A stretch of DNA of 64,000 bases, taken from Rhina ancylostomus (lineage: Eukaryota). The notes under the pieces were generated by a model. That model was not told the origin of the DNA. It saw only the letters and a program-made list of their open reading frames with translations, and searched no databases. Shown here in pieces: positions 1 to 12,412 of the stretch. The stretch is taken from contig JARFYF010000051.1 in assembly GCA_030265395.1 (NCBI GenBank), positions 15,235,223 through 15,299,222 of the forward strand, in the 5' to 3' direction. Made by a program: the position numbers and the translations under genes. The number at the start of each line of letters is the position of its first letter. Position 1 is the stretch's first letter.

Positions 1-2189
1 TGGGTGGGGGGGGAAGAAAAAGAAGGGGTGGGGTTACCGGAAGTTAGAGAAATCGAAGTTATGGCAGAAAGCGTGCTGCCCAGGACCAAGGCTTGATCAG
101 AGGAAGAGCTGACTGTGAGCCAGAGGTCAAGGACTGGGAGTTGGGGAGAATTTCCACAGTGGCTTGGAATCAGTGGTGGTGATCAGGTAGGAATCTAGGG
201 TAGAGTGGGAGGTAGAGATTGGGGCCTCCAATTAGGGATTGTTATGTGAAGCCTGGGCTCTGGAGGGTCAGGACATTGGATGCACCTTGGGGTTTGGGGA
301 AATCAAAGCCTTGAGGAGTTGTGACCATGGGGGTTGGTGGTAGGGGTAGTTGGTCTGTGCTTGGTGTGGTAGGATATAAACCCAGAAAGCTGGTGCAGGG
401 AGGAGAGGAAGGTATAGAATGAAAATTAAGTCACCAAATTACTAAAACGTGGTTGTCCCAGGAGTGCCCAATGATGGTCATTTCCTGGACAGCTTGGTGT
501 AGCTTGGAGTACTTCAAAAATCACTTTTCATGGGGAGCGACATTTTCTCCTGTGTGACTGGTGTTGAGATTGCATCAGAGGCACAAGGTTTACTTAAGCC
601 AGGAAGTGTCCAGTCAAATTTTTGGGAACAAAGTAAAACAACCCATACATGGTACTTATTATATTATGCTGGAAAGAAGCAGTGCTGCATAGTAGAATTT
701 GTAAGACCAATCTTCTATACCAAGGGAGTACTATAAAATTAAACCACAAGAAATGTTTGATGCAAATAGCACAGATATAATTTAAAGATAAGTTCATGAA
801 GGGGATAAGAATCAGAGAACATATTGATGGGGTAAGATGGCTGTTTCTGTGATGTACAGTATAATGCTACATTATCTACAGTTCTGCAATTTCACTTCAT
901 TTCCAGCCTCAGCTGTCCTCCACTGGTGATATAAAGCAGTAAAAACTTCATGCTTCTACTGTAATTAAGAAACTGAATATTCATTGATCCAGAGCACTGG
1001 TATGCAAAACAGCAAAAATTGCCTGTTTATCATGGGACCCAAAAAGGACCCAGTATTACATCATGAAAGAATACCTGGGAGATCTGCAATCCCCTGCACT
1101 CCCTCAGCAATCAACTAGTAACTTCAAAATGTTACTGCACATTTAAAAAGGCAACCTTCAAACAGAGCATTGACTCATCCACATGCATTTCATACTCTAG
1201 ATTCTGCTGCAAAGAGAAGTAATAAAATGTACTTCCTGAAGAATATTTTGGGGTTTCTATAGGACTCATAGAAAGGGCAGCTCAAATACGACACAATGCA
1301 GACACTGGCTATATACACACGCACACTATATATGTAGAGAGCGAGGGAGAGAACAAGATCTCACAAACAGTAATTATATATCTCTTATTGGTTTTGAAAC
1401 AATGGAAGGGATCATGGCTCAGAAGCCCAGGAGTTCCCTTTGCTCCCCAGTGGAAAATCATCTGTGATAATTGAACTAGAACCCATGGTTTATCCCTTCA
1501 GGTTTCTCAAATGTACCTTGAACTGACTGTCTTGTTAAAAGAGGTAAGAATAATACAAGCAAAGTTCTTAAAGTGCATCAGGCATCAACAACATACTTGT
1601 GGTGTTTCATTTGAAAATAAAGTGGTTGATTCCAGATTTCCAGGGATGCAAGTCGTTGCCAATCCATTAGCAGATTTCTTAATGAGGGTCTGGAAGTTAT
1701 TGACAGGGTAGATCTGGAAGAACAGCCTAAAAGGAAGAAAACACTAGTGTGAATTGAGTGTGGGAAGTCATCGTTGATCTCAAAAGTGAAGGTGGAGAAA
1801 TATTCGAGAGAATGGATAGGAGGAGGATGATTACGTCATTCTTTAGGAGTGCACTTGGTGCAGCCAGTATATCACCATTTAACATACTCTTGGTGAAGAG
1901 TGGAAAGAGATCTGACACCATGCATTGTAACTAGTTAATCAGCACTTCACCACACAGCCAGCTGGCATCAGCTTTTTTTTAATTGCATTGTGTAAGGTGC
2001 ACATAGGGTATAGGTGGCAGGATCAGTATCAATTTCAATGAATGCACTTTGGATCCTATTATCATGAGCAGAGGTGAAGCTCCCCTGATAATTTATAAAT
2101 TCATCATTCATTGAACCACTGAGCTGCAATCTTACATTTCCCCATCAATGCTGAGATAATTAGCATAACCAGAACAGCAGTTTTTTTGC

Positions 2190-3050
2190 CACATGGCATG
2201 CATGGTGGAGTGGGGTAATACAGATGTACAAGGGAGTAAAGGAATGACAGATGGAATTTACTCAGAGAAGTACAAAGTTCTGCATTTTTGGAAGTTAAAC
2301 CAAGACTTGCATAGTCAATGGCAGAAAATTGTGGAATGGAGAGATCTGGTGGTACAAGTACATAGGTTGCTAAAAGTGGCAACACAGTTAGACAGAGTGG
2401 TGAAGAAGGCATATGACATGCTTGCCTACATTGGTCAGGACATTGAGTTACANNNNNNNNNNCAAGAGTTGGGATATCATGTTACAGCTGTACAAGATGT
2501 TGCTGAGACCACACTTGGAGTATTGTGTGCAGTTCGAGTCGCCTAGCTGTAGAAAGGACATGATTAAGCTTGAGGCGGTGCAGAAAAGATTCACAGGGAT
2601 GTTGCAGGGACTGAAGGACTGAGTTATAAGGAGAGACTAAATAAGCTGGGTCAGTTTTCCCTGGAGTGAAGGAAACTGAGAGTGACCTTAGATGTTTATA
2701 AACCATGGGGGGGCATAGATAAGGTGACTGCTCCTTTTTTCCCAGAATAGGGAAGTCTAAAACTGGGGCATGGGTTTAAGGTGAGAGAGGAAAGATTTAA
2801 AGGGAACCTGAGAGGCAGGTTTTTCATACAGAGGGTCATGGGTATGTTGGAACAAGCTGCCAGAGGACATGACAGAGGTGAGTACAATTACAACATTTAA
2901 AAGACATTAGATAGGTACGTGGATAGAAAAGTTTAGAAGGATATGAACCAAACGCAGGCAGATAGGACTAGCTCAGGTCGGCACCTTGGTTGGCAGTGAT
3001 GAGTTGGGCTGAAGGGCTATTCGCGTTCTGTATAACTCTGTGACTCTGTT
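2190..3050 (+). mobile_element. CR1-type LINE, 5'-truncated 3' end (degenerate ORF2 C-terminus and 3' UTR)
   Basis: Peptide fragments QVHRLLKVATQLDRVVKKAY and LQLYKMLLRPHLEYCVQF...LEAVQKRFTGML; tail gggctgaagggc..ctgtataactctgtgact. Confidence 0.9.
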
Positions 3051-3288
3051 GAACATTTNNNNNNNNNNNNNNNNNNNNNNNNNNNNNNNNNNNNNNNNNN
3101 NNNNNNNNNNNNNNNNNNNNNNNNNNNNNNNNNNNNNNNNNNNNNNNNNNNNNNNNNNNNNNNNNNNNNNNNNNNNNNNNNNNNNNNNNNNNNNNNNNNN
3201 NNNNNNNNNNNNNNNNNNNNNNNNNNNNNNNNNNNNNNNNNNNNNNNNNNNNNNNNNNNNNNNNNNNNNNNNNNNNNNNNNNNNNNNG

Positions 3289-3432
3289 ACGTACAGGTTA
3301 GGAAGTTGTGGGCATGCTATGTTGGCACCAGAAGCGTGGCGACACTTGCGGGCTGCCCCCAGAAGACTACACAAAAAGATGTATTTCACTGTGTGTTTTG
3401 ATGTACATGTTACTAATAAAAATATCTTATTT
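3289..3432 (+). mobile_element. 3' part of a V-SINE/HE1-like SINE
   Basis: gacgtacaggttagg...gtatttcactgtgtgttttgatgtacatgttactaataaa tail resembles elasmobranch SINE 3' ends; 5' part lost in gap. Confidence 0.55.
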
Positions 3433-6259
3433 TATCTTGAATTTCTGATCCCTGTTCAGTTTTAGTATGTTTTCATTTTGTAGAATGTGTTATGGACAAA
3501 CCATCTGCAGGGAAAATGAAACAGTAAACCTCAGTAAGCATGACACCAGCTGATACTGATTGTGGTAGATTATCAGGGTAACACCGTCATTCACTCATTA
3601 AGCTTCATTCAATGATTCAAACCAATTCAAGCAGTGCACAGACATCAAAATTACAAGTGCTGTAACACGTGGCCCTTCAAAAGTCTCTGATTTTAACATT
3701 GATGCTTTTATTTTATGCACTCCATCTCATCCTGCACACCATAGAAATTGTGACTTCAAGCGCTTCTCACATATATTGATTTCAAAATGGTTCCTAAGTT
3801 TCACTCTATTTGTCAAGCCTGTGTTTATAACATCTGACAAAATCAATGGAGTTCATTTAAAATCATCTGGAGCCAAGTACTCCACGCGACTACTTTCCAT
3901 CTTAATGCAGTTGACTGGTGTGATTATAACTCTGAATGTACTGGCATAAACTAGAAATCAATGGTTCTTTATTTGGGGAAATGGCAGGACAAAATGTTTT
4001 TGTATTTTGAACAAGCATGCCTGTAGGGCTTGGACGAATGTGGGGAAGACCTCATTAGGTCTACTATAATTTTGCCTTTTTGAAAACTGCACTAAGAGAG
4101 AACAAGGGATTTGTTTTATATGTGAACCTTCTGACTGCAGGAAGTGCCTTCACTCATGGATCAAATAATGTTCTTTAAGCAGTTGAAAGCTGGATTGTTC
4201 TTTTCCTAGTTTCAGATCTTTTTGTGCTTCAGGTCCAAAATCAGGCTGTCCATTTCCAAACAGACCCCTGGCTTTTAGCTTGATTATAATTTGCTTATTA
4301 TTACATTGTGTTCAGTTAATCGAATCACAGGTTTCTATCATGGTGTGGGTGTTGCCTGTCACAGAAGTTGGTTCTCTTATTCTCTGAAGCGTCAAAAATG
4401 CACTCCCCTTAACTAACCTGAAGGCATTTAATGCACAAGAGACATATGCCCTTGAAAATGATGGCCTTCTCTGTCAGTGCTGTTGTATCTACTAGATGTA
4501 TGGATCTTTGACCTTTTTGGTATTGTGATTTAAGAGGCTGCTACAGTATGTCATTCTGCTGACCTTTTTAAAATGGATATATTTGGATCTGCACTAGCTG
4601 GTCCTCTATTGGTGTATAAAGCCTAATTTACACAAACTCTTCACTATTGTAATCACAGCTAATATATAATATGCTGGACTTGTCAATGTCTATGTAACTT
4701 ATTTCATGCTATTCCCCATCCTCTCTGTATAATTCTGCACCATAAGTTGCATAGAAAGTGCAATTCTTCTACCTGCGACTCTAAAGATGTTGAACTCCAG
4801 GACAACAGTGTCTGAAACTTTGTTAATTTTAACTAAAGAATAAGGCATTGAACCTTTCCTGCACTAGTTCTGTGGCAGAGACTATGCAGCCAAATTTGCC
4901 TATTCTCGGTCTTTGATCAATATCTAATTAGTTCCCCTCACCCCCCATCCCCCCCCCCCCACACACACACACCCACACCACAGTTCTTTTTCTTCAGAGT
5001 TGCAGCTTTTTCTTTTTCAATTATCTGCTTTCACCAATCTTCCAGGCAGTATATTTCAGATTATCATCAGTTGTTGTGTTATTTTAAAACAAAAGGTTTT
5101 TCTGATCTTCTATTTGGTTTTGCTCATCTTTAATCATATTCTCTAATTCCTATCCCTGTAGAGTCGATTTCCCCCTTTCTAGTAAACTGACCCCTAACCT
5201 TATTGCTTGTGAGTGGTTTATTCTCTATTTCCACTAAGATGTGTTGTTTGTCACTCCTTTTAGTACAATTTCTTTGTTTTCTAAAGAACTTTTTCTCATA
5301 TTCACTTTCTGATATTGAAAGCAAGCTCCCCTACATTGGAATGATAGAGTATACTCTGAATCGGATGTTTTCTTATTGAGTTGTCAAATTACACCAACTT
5401 GACCCTGTGTGTATTCTGAGATTTTGTAACTCTTATTTCTGTGGTTGCCTGCAATATCAGACCTTGTTCATTTGACCTGAGCAGGTGTCACAGTTTTATT
5501 ATTATTTAACCTCTTTTGAGATCTGATTTATTTGGCACCTGTCCATTGAAATTTTTGTGATAGCTGTTTTAAGATTGGCCATTCAGTTTTAATTCCACCA
5601 CACTTGTCGTAACCTTGGACACCTCTGACATGGCAGTTAGAATAAAAATTCTTATGTTTCAAAGACAGAGGTCACAAAGCTGTTTTGAAATGTCAGTGCA
5701 TGAATGGGACTGACAGGTGGTTCACACACAACTCCCACTGACCATTAAAAAAAATGCTTTAAACACCTGCAGCAAGTAAAAGCTTGGAGTGGTATCAAAC
5801 GGTGTTAACATTTACAGCACAGCATTGTGGGCTGAAGGTCCTGTTCCTGTGCTGTACGTTCTATGTTTTACAACAGGTTGAGATTAACTTGCTGTTGAAA
5901 GTTGAAAATTGATGGACTGCAAAATTGATAGAAGACGTAAAAGTAAATAACATATGAAAAAGAATAAATAAAGCAAAATATATATATATATTACATCAAA
6001 TTAAGCCAAAAAAAAGTCCAATTCAAAACTAGCAAGAAAAACCACTTCAAATAAATGTCAGAAAATATCAATTAATTTAGTGTTTAATATGCAGAGTTAC
6101 AGGCATCAAGGCCTAGGACATACAAAATACAATTATTGGAGAATTAATGAGTAGCCAGATGAGCTCTAAGTGAAGGAATAAGTTTTTTATATCTCATCCA
6201 TGACATGTTGCATTGTTTGATATTTCGGAGGTTGCTACCAAGTAATTTATAGTGGAATG

Positions 6260-6560
6260 AAAAGAAGGAACATTTGCATTTGTTTGGCATCTTCCATGCC
6301 CTACAGTGCTTCATAGCCCAGTATTCTTTTAAGTGTAAACATCATTGTAACCTAGGAAATGCAGTAACCAGTTTGCATGCTGCAAGTTCCCACTGTAATA
6401 AAAACAAAGTAATCTGCTGTAATAAAAACAAAGTAATCTACTGTAATAAAAACAAAGTAATCCACTGTAATAAAAACAAAGTGATATTGGTTGGGAGAAA
6501 AATGTTAACCCAGACAGAAGAGAACTCTCCTGCTCTTTTTAAATTGGTGCTTGTAAAAGA
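6260..6560 (-). mobile_element. SacSINE1/DeuSINE-like SINE fragment containing an internal tandem expansion
   Basis: Reverse-strand L2-type tail (ttgcatttg..agtgcttcatagcc..aagtgta..cattgtaac.taggaaa) and gagaactctcctgctct Deu-like segment. Confidence 0.6.
6393..6485 (+). repeat. 24-bp minisatellite, about 4 copies (ctgtaataaaaacaaagtaatcNN)
   Basis: Units start at 6393, 6417, 6441 and 6465. Confidence 0.95.
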
Positions 6561-6979
6561 TGGTAGATGATAATGGTGTCAAAAAAGCCTGAATTTGGCT
6601 ATATGTTACTCTGTATAGGCAGCAGTTGTCAAGGCACCTTGCATTTTAGTAATACGTTTTTGTTTGTCTGCAGTTGTTAATTGGGATTTAACCCTGAAAT
6701 CTCTTTCAAAATTCTTCAAAACATGTTCTTCATTAAAGGGATCCAATTGAACTGAAAAGAAGGTAAAGCAATAATGATTGCCTTGATGACAGAGAAAAGA
6801 GAACATTTTCATTTATAGCACCATCATGATCAAAGCCCCCACCATCAGATGTCTTAGTGGGCATAAAGGTGGATACATCCCTAGGGCCTGACAAAATAAA
6901 AATGTCTTTTCAGTCTGATTTTGCATAACACTTGAAATAAAATTCACTTTTCATAAAAACAAAACATTCTCTAATTTTT

Positions 6980-7805
6980 GTCAGCACAGGTTAATAAGGT
7001 GGCAAAGAAGGCATATAGGATACTGGCTTTCATTAGCCGAGGTATAAAATATAAAAGCAGGGAAGTTAGAGCACAGCTTTATAAAACATTGGTGAAGCCA
7101 CATCTGAAATATTGTGTACAGTTTTGGTTGGCACAGTATAGAGAGGATGTGATTGCTCTGGAGAGGCTGCAGAGATAATTCACCAGGATGTTGCCTGGAA
7201 TGGAACATCTTAGTTCTGAGGAGAGACATGATAAGCTGAATTTGTTTTCCTTGGAGCAGAGAAGGATGAAAGCGGCCCCTATGGTTGTGTACAAATTTGG
7301 AGGGGCAGAGAAAGGATGGACAGTAGCAAACTGTTCCCAATTGCAATGTTTAAAAGATATTTGGACAGGTTCATGAATAGGAAAGGTTTAGAGGGATATG
7401 GGCCAAACAAAGGCAAATAGAACAAGATCACGAAGGCACCTTCGACATTGATGAGTTGGGCCAAAGGGCATATTTCTAAACTGCAATAGCAGAGGATCTA
7501 TAACCAGAGGACATGGGTTTAATGTAAGAAGTAAGAGGTTTAAGATGGATAAAAGGAAAGAATAATTCACTTAGAAGGTGGTTGGAATTTGTAATGCACC
7601 GCCTGGTGGTGAGACGAGGCAAGACTCTCACAACATTTAAGAAGTATCTGGATGGAGCGCTTGAATTGCCAAGGCATAGAAGGCTATTGACCAAGTGTAG
7701 GTAAGTGGGATTAGTATAGATGGGTACTTGATGGTCAGCATAGATAGGATAGGATAGGTTGAAGTGCCTATTTTTGTGCTGTAAGTCTCTTTGACTCTAT
7801 GACAC
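6980..7805 (+). mobile_element. CR1-type LINE 3' fragments (two adjacent 3' ends)
   Basis: AQVNKVAKKAYRILAFISRGIKYKSREV..LYKTLVKPHLKYCVQFW..LERLQR; CR1 tails near 7470 and 7800. Confidence 0.9.
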
Positions 7806-7819
7806 TGTTCACTGATGTA

Positions 7820-8712
7820 ATATTCGTGGAGTATAATGTAGAGAAATGAAAGGTTATCCACTTCAGTGGGCAAAATATTCAGCAGAATATTATTTATATT
7901 GAGAAACTAATGAATGCTAGTGTTCAGAGAGACTTCAATGTCTTTGTACAAGAAGCATAAAGTTAGCATACAGGTACACCAAGCAAGAAATGTTGGCCCT
8001 AACTGCAAAGGGTGAGAGGGTTGGGATGAAACACAGGAAGTCTTGGTGACATTACAACTGGAGTGCTGCATACAGCTTTGGATTCTTTATTTAAGGAGGG
8101 GTATATTTACTGTACAAGGAATGCAGAGTAAGTTCACAAGATTCATTTATGGGATGAAGTGATTGCCATATGAGGGAAACATTGAGTAGTTTGGCCTGTA
8201 GTCTCTGGAGTTTAGAAGACTGAAAGACAATTTTATTGAAACATGAAAATTTATAAGGAGGCTTGACAGAATAGATGTAGTTAGGATGTTACCCCTACCT
8301 TGAGAAACTGGAATGAGGTGACCTTGTGTCAAGATAAAGGGATATCCATTGAAGTAAGGAGTTTCTTCTCTGATGAAGGGTCTTCAATTTAAAATGTTAA
8401 CTCTGTTTCTCTTTATTCAGATGTCATGTTCTGTTTTATTCCAGATATCCAGCATCTGCAGTTTTGTTTTTATTTTCTTCTCCAAGGGTTGTGAATCTTA
8501 GAAATGCTTCATCCCAGAAGGCGGTGGATGTTGAGTCATTCAGTATATTTGAGGCCAAGATAGATTTTAGGACCATATGTGAATAGAAGGCTATGGGAAT
8601 CAGGCAGGAAGATAGAATTGTGATTAATCAACAATTCACCATCATCTAAATGAATAGTGGAGCAGGCACAAGGGGACAATTGGTCTATTGCTCTTCCTAT
8701 TTATGTTCTAAT
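7820..8712 (+). mobile_element. Older CR1-type LINE 3' region, interrupted by a Penelope-type repeat
   Basis: Degenerate aggttatccactt, ctggagtttagaaga and gggttgtgaatct..agaaggcggtggatg motifs; ends ctcttcctatttatgttct. Confidence 0.8.
8370..8473 (+). mobile_element. Penelope-type terminal repeat with degenerate hammerhead-like core, inserted in CR1
   Basis: ctgatgaagggtcttc...aatgttaactctgtttctc...ccagcatctgcag, flanked by a tttcttctc duplication (8362-8370 / 8474-8482). Confidence 0.7.
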
Positions 8713-9414
8713 GGTTGAAAAATATTTGTTGTAAAAATGATCCAAAGCTGCAATAATTTCTGAAGGCAGATTGTCGAGTTGCCATGTTTTCTCTCTCCTT
8801 GTCCTACAGGTGCTGACTGGTAGCAGGATTTCCATTGCCATTTAACAGCTTTACTGGTCAGTTACCATAATTTTTCATCAGCCCAGAAAGACTTTCAATT
8901 ATGTTATAGGACCTATGTAACTTCTGGATATCTCAAAGGTCTTGTCAGACAATATCTTGTGACACTAACTACACTTCAAAGTAATGTAGGAAACATGATG
9001 GCGAAATCACATGTAGTAAGCTTCTGCAATTAATAATGAGATGGTTAAGACCATATTTTACAATACTGTCAGGCATCCCCTTGCAGGCAAAAAATGCTGC
9101 GTTGCAAAATGTTGGAAGCACCTTTTTGGTATTTTGTAATCACATTAATCAAGAAGGTGATTAATCAAAAAGTGTCCAAGGTGAATATCTGTGCAATCAA
9201 AAGCTTTTGTATCTCTATGGCAACGCTTACATTGCAGTAAGTGTTTTCTGCTGCAGATAATTGCAGAGATATAGCTAGTTTCAAATACATGGAAATATTT
9301 TTCAGAGGAAAAGGTTGTAAAATTTCAGTTATCTCTGAAGTCTTAGCCAAATATCACTATTATGTATAAATATACACATTTATTAATGTTTAGGTAGTGT
9401 AGGCTTTAAGTATA

Positions 9415-9615
9415 AAGATCTTCCCCAGGTTATGGCACGGTTCCATTTCTGAGAACTGTTTGTAACCCAAACAGTTTGCAAGTCAGGAATGCAGAACAAA
9501 CCAAGTTTCCACCTGGTTGCCTGCAGCCCACAGCAGCAGACAAATCCATCCTGCCAGTCTCCTAAATGCTCGTTCGTTTGCATGGGTTGTACATAACTTG
9601 GGCATTCGTAAGCAA
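9415..9615. mobile_element. Tigger/pogo-like non-autonomous DNA transposon fragment
   Basis: Left end cttccccaggttatg resembles the end at 15490; right end gtacataacttgggcattcgtaag runs into the gap. Confidence 0.5.
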
Positions 9616-9715
9616 NNNNNNNNNNNNNNNNNNNNNNNNNNNNNNNNNNNNNNNNNNNNNNNNNNNNNNNNNNNNNNNNNNNNNNNNNNNNNNNNNNNNN
9701 NNNNNNNNNNNNNNN

Positions 9716-12175
9716 ACTTGTAAAAAAGAACCTTATAAAACAAAACCTTATAATAAAAACCTTATTTTAAAAAAATCGTATCTGTTTTGAAGTCCCGCCA
9801 CCTGCCAAAGCAAAACCCACAAAACTTCTGAAGTTTTTTTTCCAAGTAGGATCTTTCCAAAATCCAAGTAAGATCTTTATCTTTTTTGGGAATTAAGGAA
9901 ATAGATGCTTCATGAAAGTATTGTGGTAACTTACCTACAGATAAGGCATCTTTAAATAGTTAACGTGATCAAGGAAAAAGAAGGTCAGAAAAAGATTTTA
10001 CAAATTCTACTGTTTACCCATCGGGACCAGGTGCTTTACCAGAATTCATCAAAGAGATTGCTTTCTTTATCTCTTCCTCCGTAATGGATGCATCTAATGT
10101 TGAACATTTGTTCAGTGTTAATTTCAGAATGTTCAATTTCTTTAAAAATTCATACATTATGGTGGGAGCCTCATGAAATTCTGATTGGTATAAAGAAGTG
10201 TAAAATTCTTGAAAAGATTTGTTAATTTGGTCATGGTCAACCGTCAAATTACCATCTTATTTATGAACTTTAATAATCTGATGTTTAGCCAAAGCAGCTT
10301 TCAGTTGGTTGGCCAATAATTTAACAGATTTATCACCATGTATATAAAATTGATGTTTAGTTTTGAGTAATTGATTTTCAACTGGGGATGTTAATAACAA
10401 ACTGTATTGCAATTGAAGTTCAATTCTATTTTTATAAAGCTCCAAATTAAGAGCAGCAGAGTACTTTTTATCAATTTCTTTAATCTTATCAACCAATTTA
10501 TGTATTTCATTATTAGTTCGTTTTTTTCAATCCCGCAGAATATGAAATAATTTGACCACAGATATATGCATTAAAGGTATCCCATAGTATCCCATTGGAA
10601 ATATCTTCTGTAGAGTTAGTTGAAAAGAAAAAGGCAGTTTGTTCTTTAATAAAATTAATAAAGTTTAAATCCTGAAGCAGAGAAGAATTGAACCGCCATT
10701 GCTTGGCACCAAAAATTACGTCAGTTAGTTTAATTAATAGTTTCAAAGGCGCATGATCAGAAACAGTGATTGCATCATACTTACAATCAGTAACAGATGG
10801 AACTAATCAAGAGTCAATAAAGAAATAATCAATTTTAGAGTAATTGTAAACATGAGAAAAGAAAAAAAACTCTATCATTAGGGTGCAAAAACCTCCAAAC
10901 TTCTAAAATTCCAGAATCAACTAAAGAGGAATTGATAAAAATAGCAGATCTGTTTGGAAGTACCTGATTGGACACAGACCTATCCATCGAAGGGTTCAAA
11001 CAACAGTTGAAATCTCTACCCATAATCAACGTATATTCATTTAAGTTAGGAAGAGATGCAAATAAATGTTTAAAAAAACTCAGGGTAGTCGACATTAGGT
11101 GCATAAACATTAACCATTACAACTTTTTTGTTATGAAGTAAACCAGTAATTAATAAAAATCTACCGTTCAGGTCTGAAATTGTTTGATAATGAACAAATG
11201 AAATCGAGGAGTCTATAAAAATAGAGACTCCTTTCACCTTGGCCTGTGAATTAGAGTGGAATAGTTGACCTTTCCAAAACCTAAAAAAAACACTGATTAT
11301 CCTCCTTCCTAATGAGTCTCCTGAGCAGAAATAATCTGAGCATTCAATCTATGGAAAAGTTCAAAAATCTTCTTCTGCTTAATTGAATGGTTTAAATCCT
11401 TCATATTCCATGAAGTAAAGTTAATAATATTATCCATTTTACTTAAATAAAGCATATGGTATGTAAAGGGTTAACCTTACTGCATAGGAGACATTAATCA
11501 GGAAGAGGGAAAAATGTTCAAAGGGGAGCCGGATGTTACGACAATTCAGGCATATTTATAGTTTCAGGACAGCCCAGAAAGGAAAAACTAAACTAAAAAT
11601 AGCCTCACCCCTCCACCCACCAAAGCCCAAAAACTGGCCAATAGACAGCCAGAAAGCTGCCTACGAACTCCCTTAACCCCACCTCTCTTGATGGCAAATC
11701 TCCAAAATAAAAGGAACGCAAAACACCATCATTAGACAAAACATTAAGATAGAAGTACCATAAACATTCCAAACATATAAACAAAAAAAAGTTACTGGAA
11801 TCTTCTACACAATTAAAACTTCTAAAAGGCAACATTTAAAGAAAATACAGTCTTATTAATATTCCAAAGGAAAAAAAGTCACCAAGTCAGATTATTAATT
11901 ATTTCAAAAATAATCAATTAAAAATAATAGAAAAATAATAAAAGGAAAGAAAAGAATTATAATATAAGAGCATGATAAATATACATCTTCCAGAACTAAA
12001 CATGATAGTGTTAACAGAGGGCAAAGAACTCCGGACATAAAAAGTTCAAATCCATGAACAAATTATTGACTTAAAAACTGAAGACATGAAAAATAAAAAA
12101 AAACAATACATATATTGGTCATCTGAAATCGAAACTTGATTGTCAAGGAACTTTTCAGCTTCGTCCACGGATCCA
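9716..12175 (-). mobile_element. L1-clade LINE remnant: probable ORF1 end, inter-ORF spacer, and disrupted ORF2 (APE endonuclease to RT start)
   Basis: ORF2 ATG near 11437 (MDNIINFTSWN..IISAQETH), LIMGRDFN, WRFLHP, WRFNSSLL, LWDTFNAYICGQII, HGDKSVKLLANQL, FYTSLYQSE, GKAPGPDG, EASISLIPKKDKD; multiple frameshifts. Confidence 0.92.
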
Positions 12176-12194
12176 TCACCAGGTAATTCATTTA

Positions 12195-12412
12195 TAATGA
12201 TATTGTTTGAGGAATTCCCCTGCTCTTCTCTAAAATAGCATCATGGGATATTTTCTGTCCTCCAGCAAAATTAAACAAAGCAGTCTTCAGAAAGTGGTAT
12301 CCAAAAGATTGCTCCTCTGACAGTGCAGCATTCCCTTAGTACTGCACAGAGGTGTCACCTTATCTTATGTGCTCACACCTCTTGATGGGACTTCAACCCA
12401 CAACTTTCTGAT
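12195..12412 (-). mobile_element. SacSINE1/DeuSINE-like SINE, 5' half
   Basis: cccctgctcttc..atagcatcatgggat..ctctgacagtgcagcattcccttagtactgcac..gggacttcaacccacaac (reverse tRNA B-box-like head). Confidence 0.7.

Noticed and set aside
6274-6570. 98-aa ORF with CNKNKVI repeats
   Set aside because: Translation of a 24-bp minisatellite inside a SINE; no evidence of coding function.
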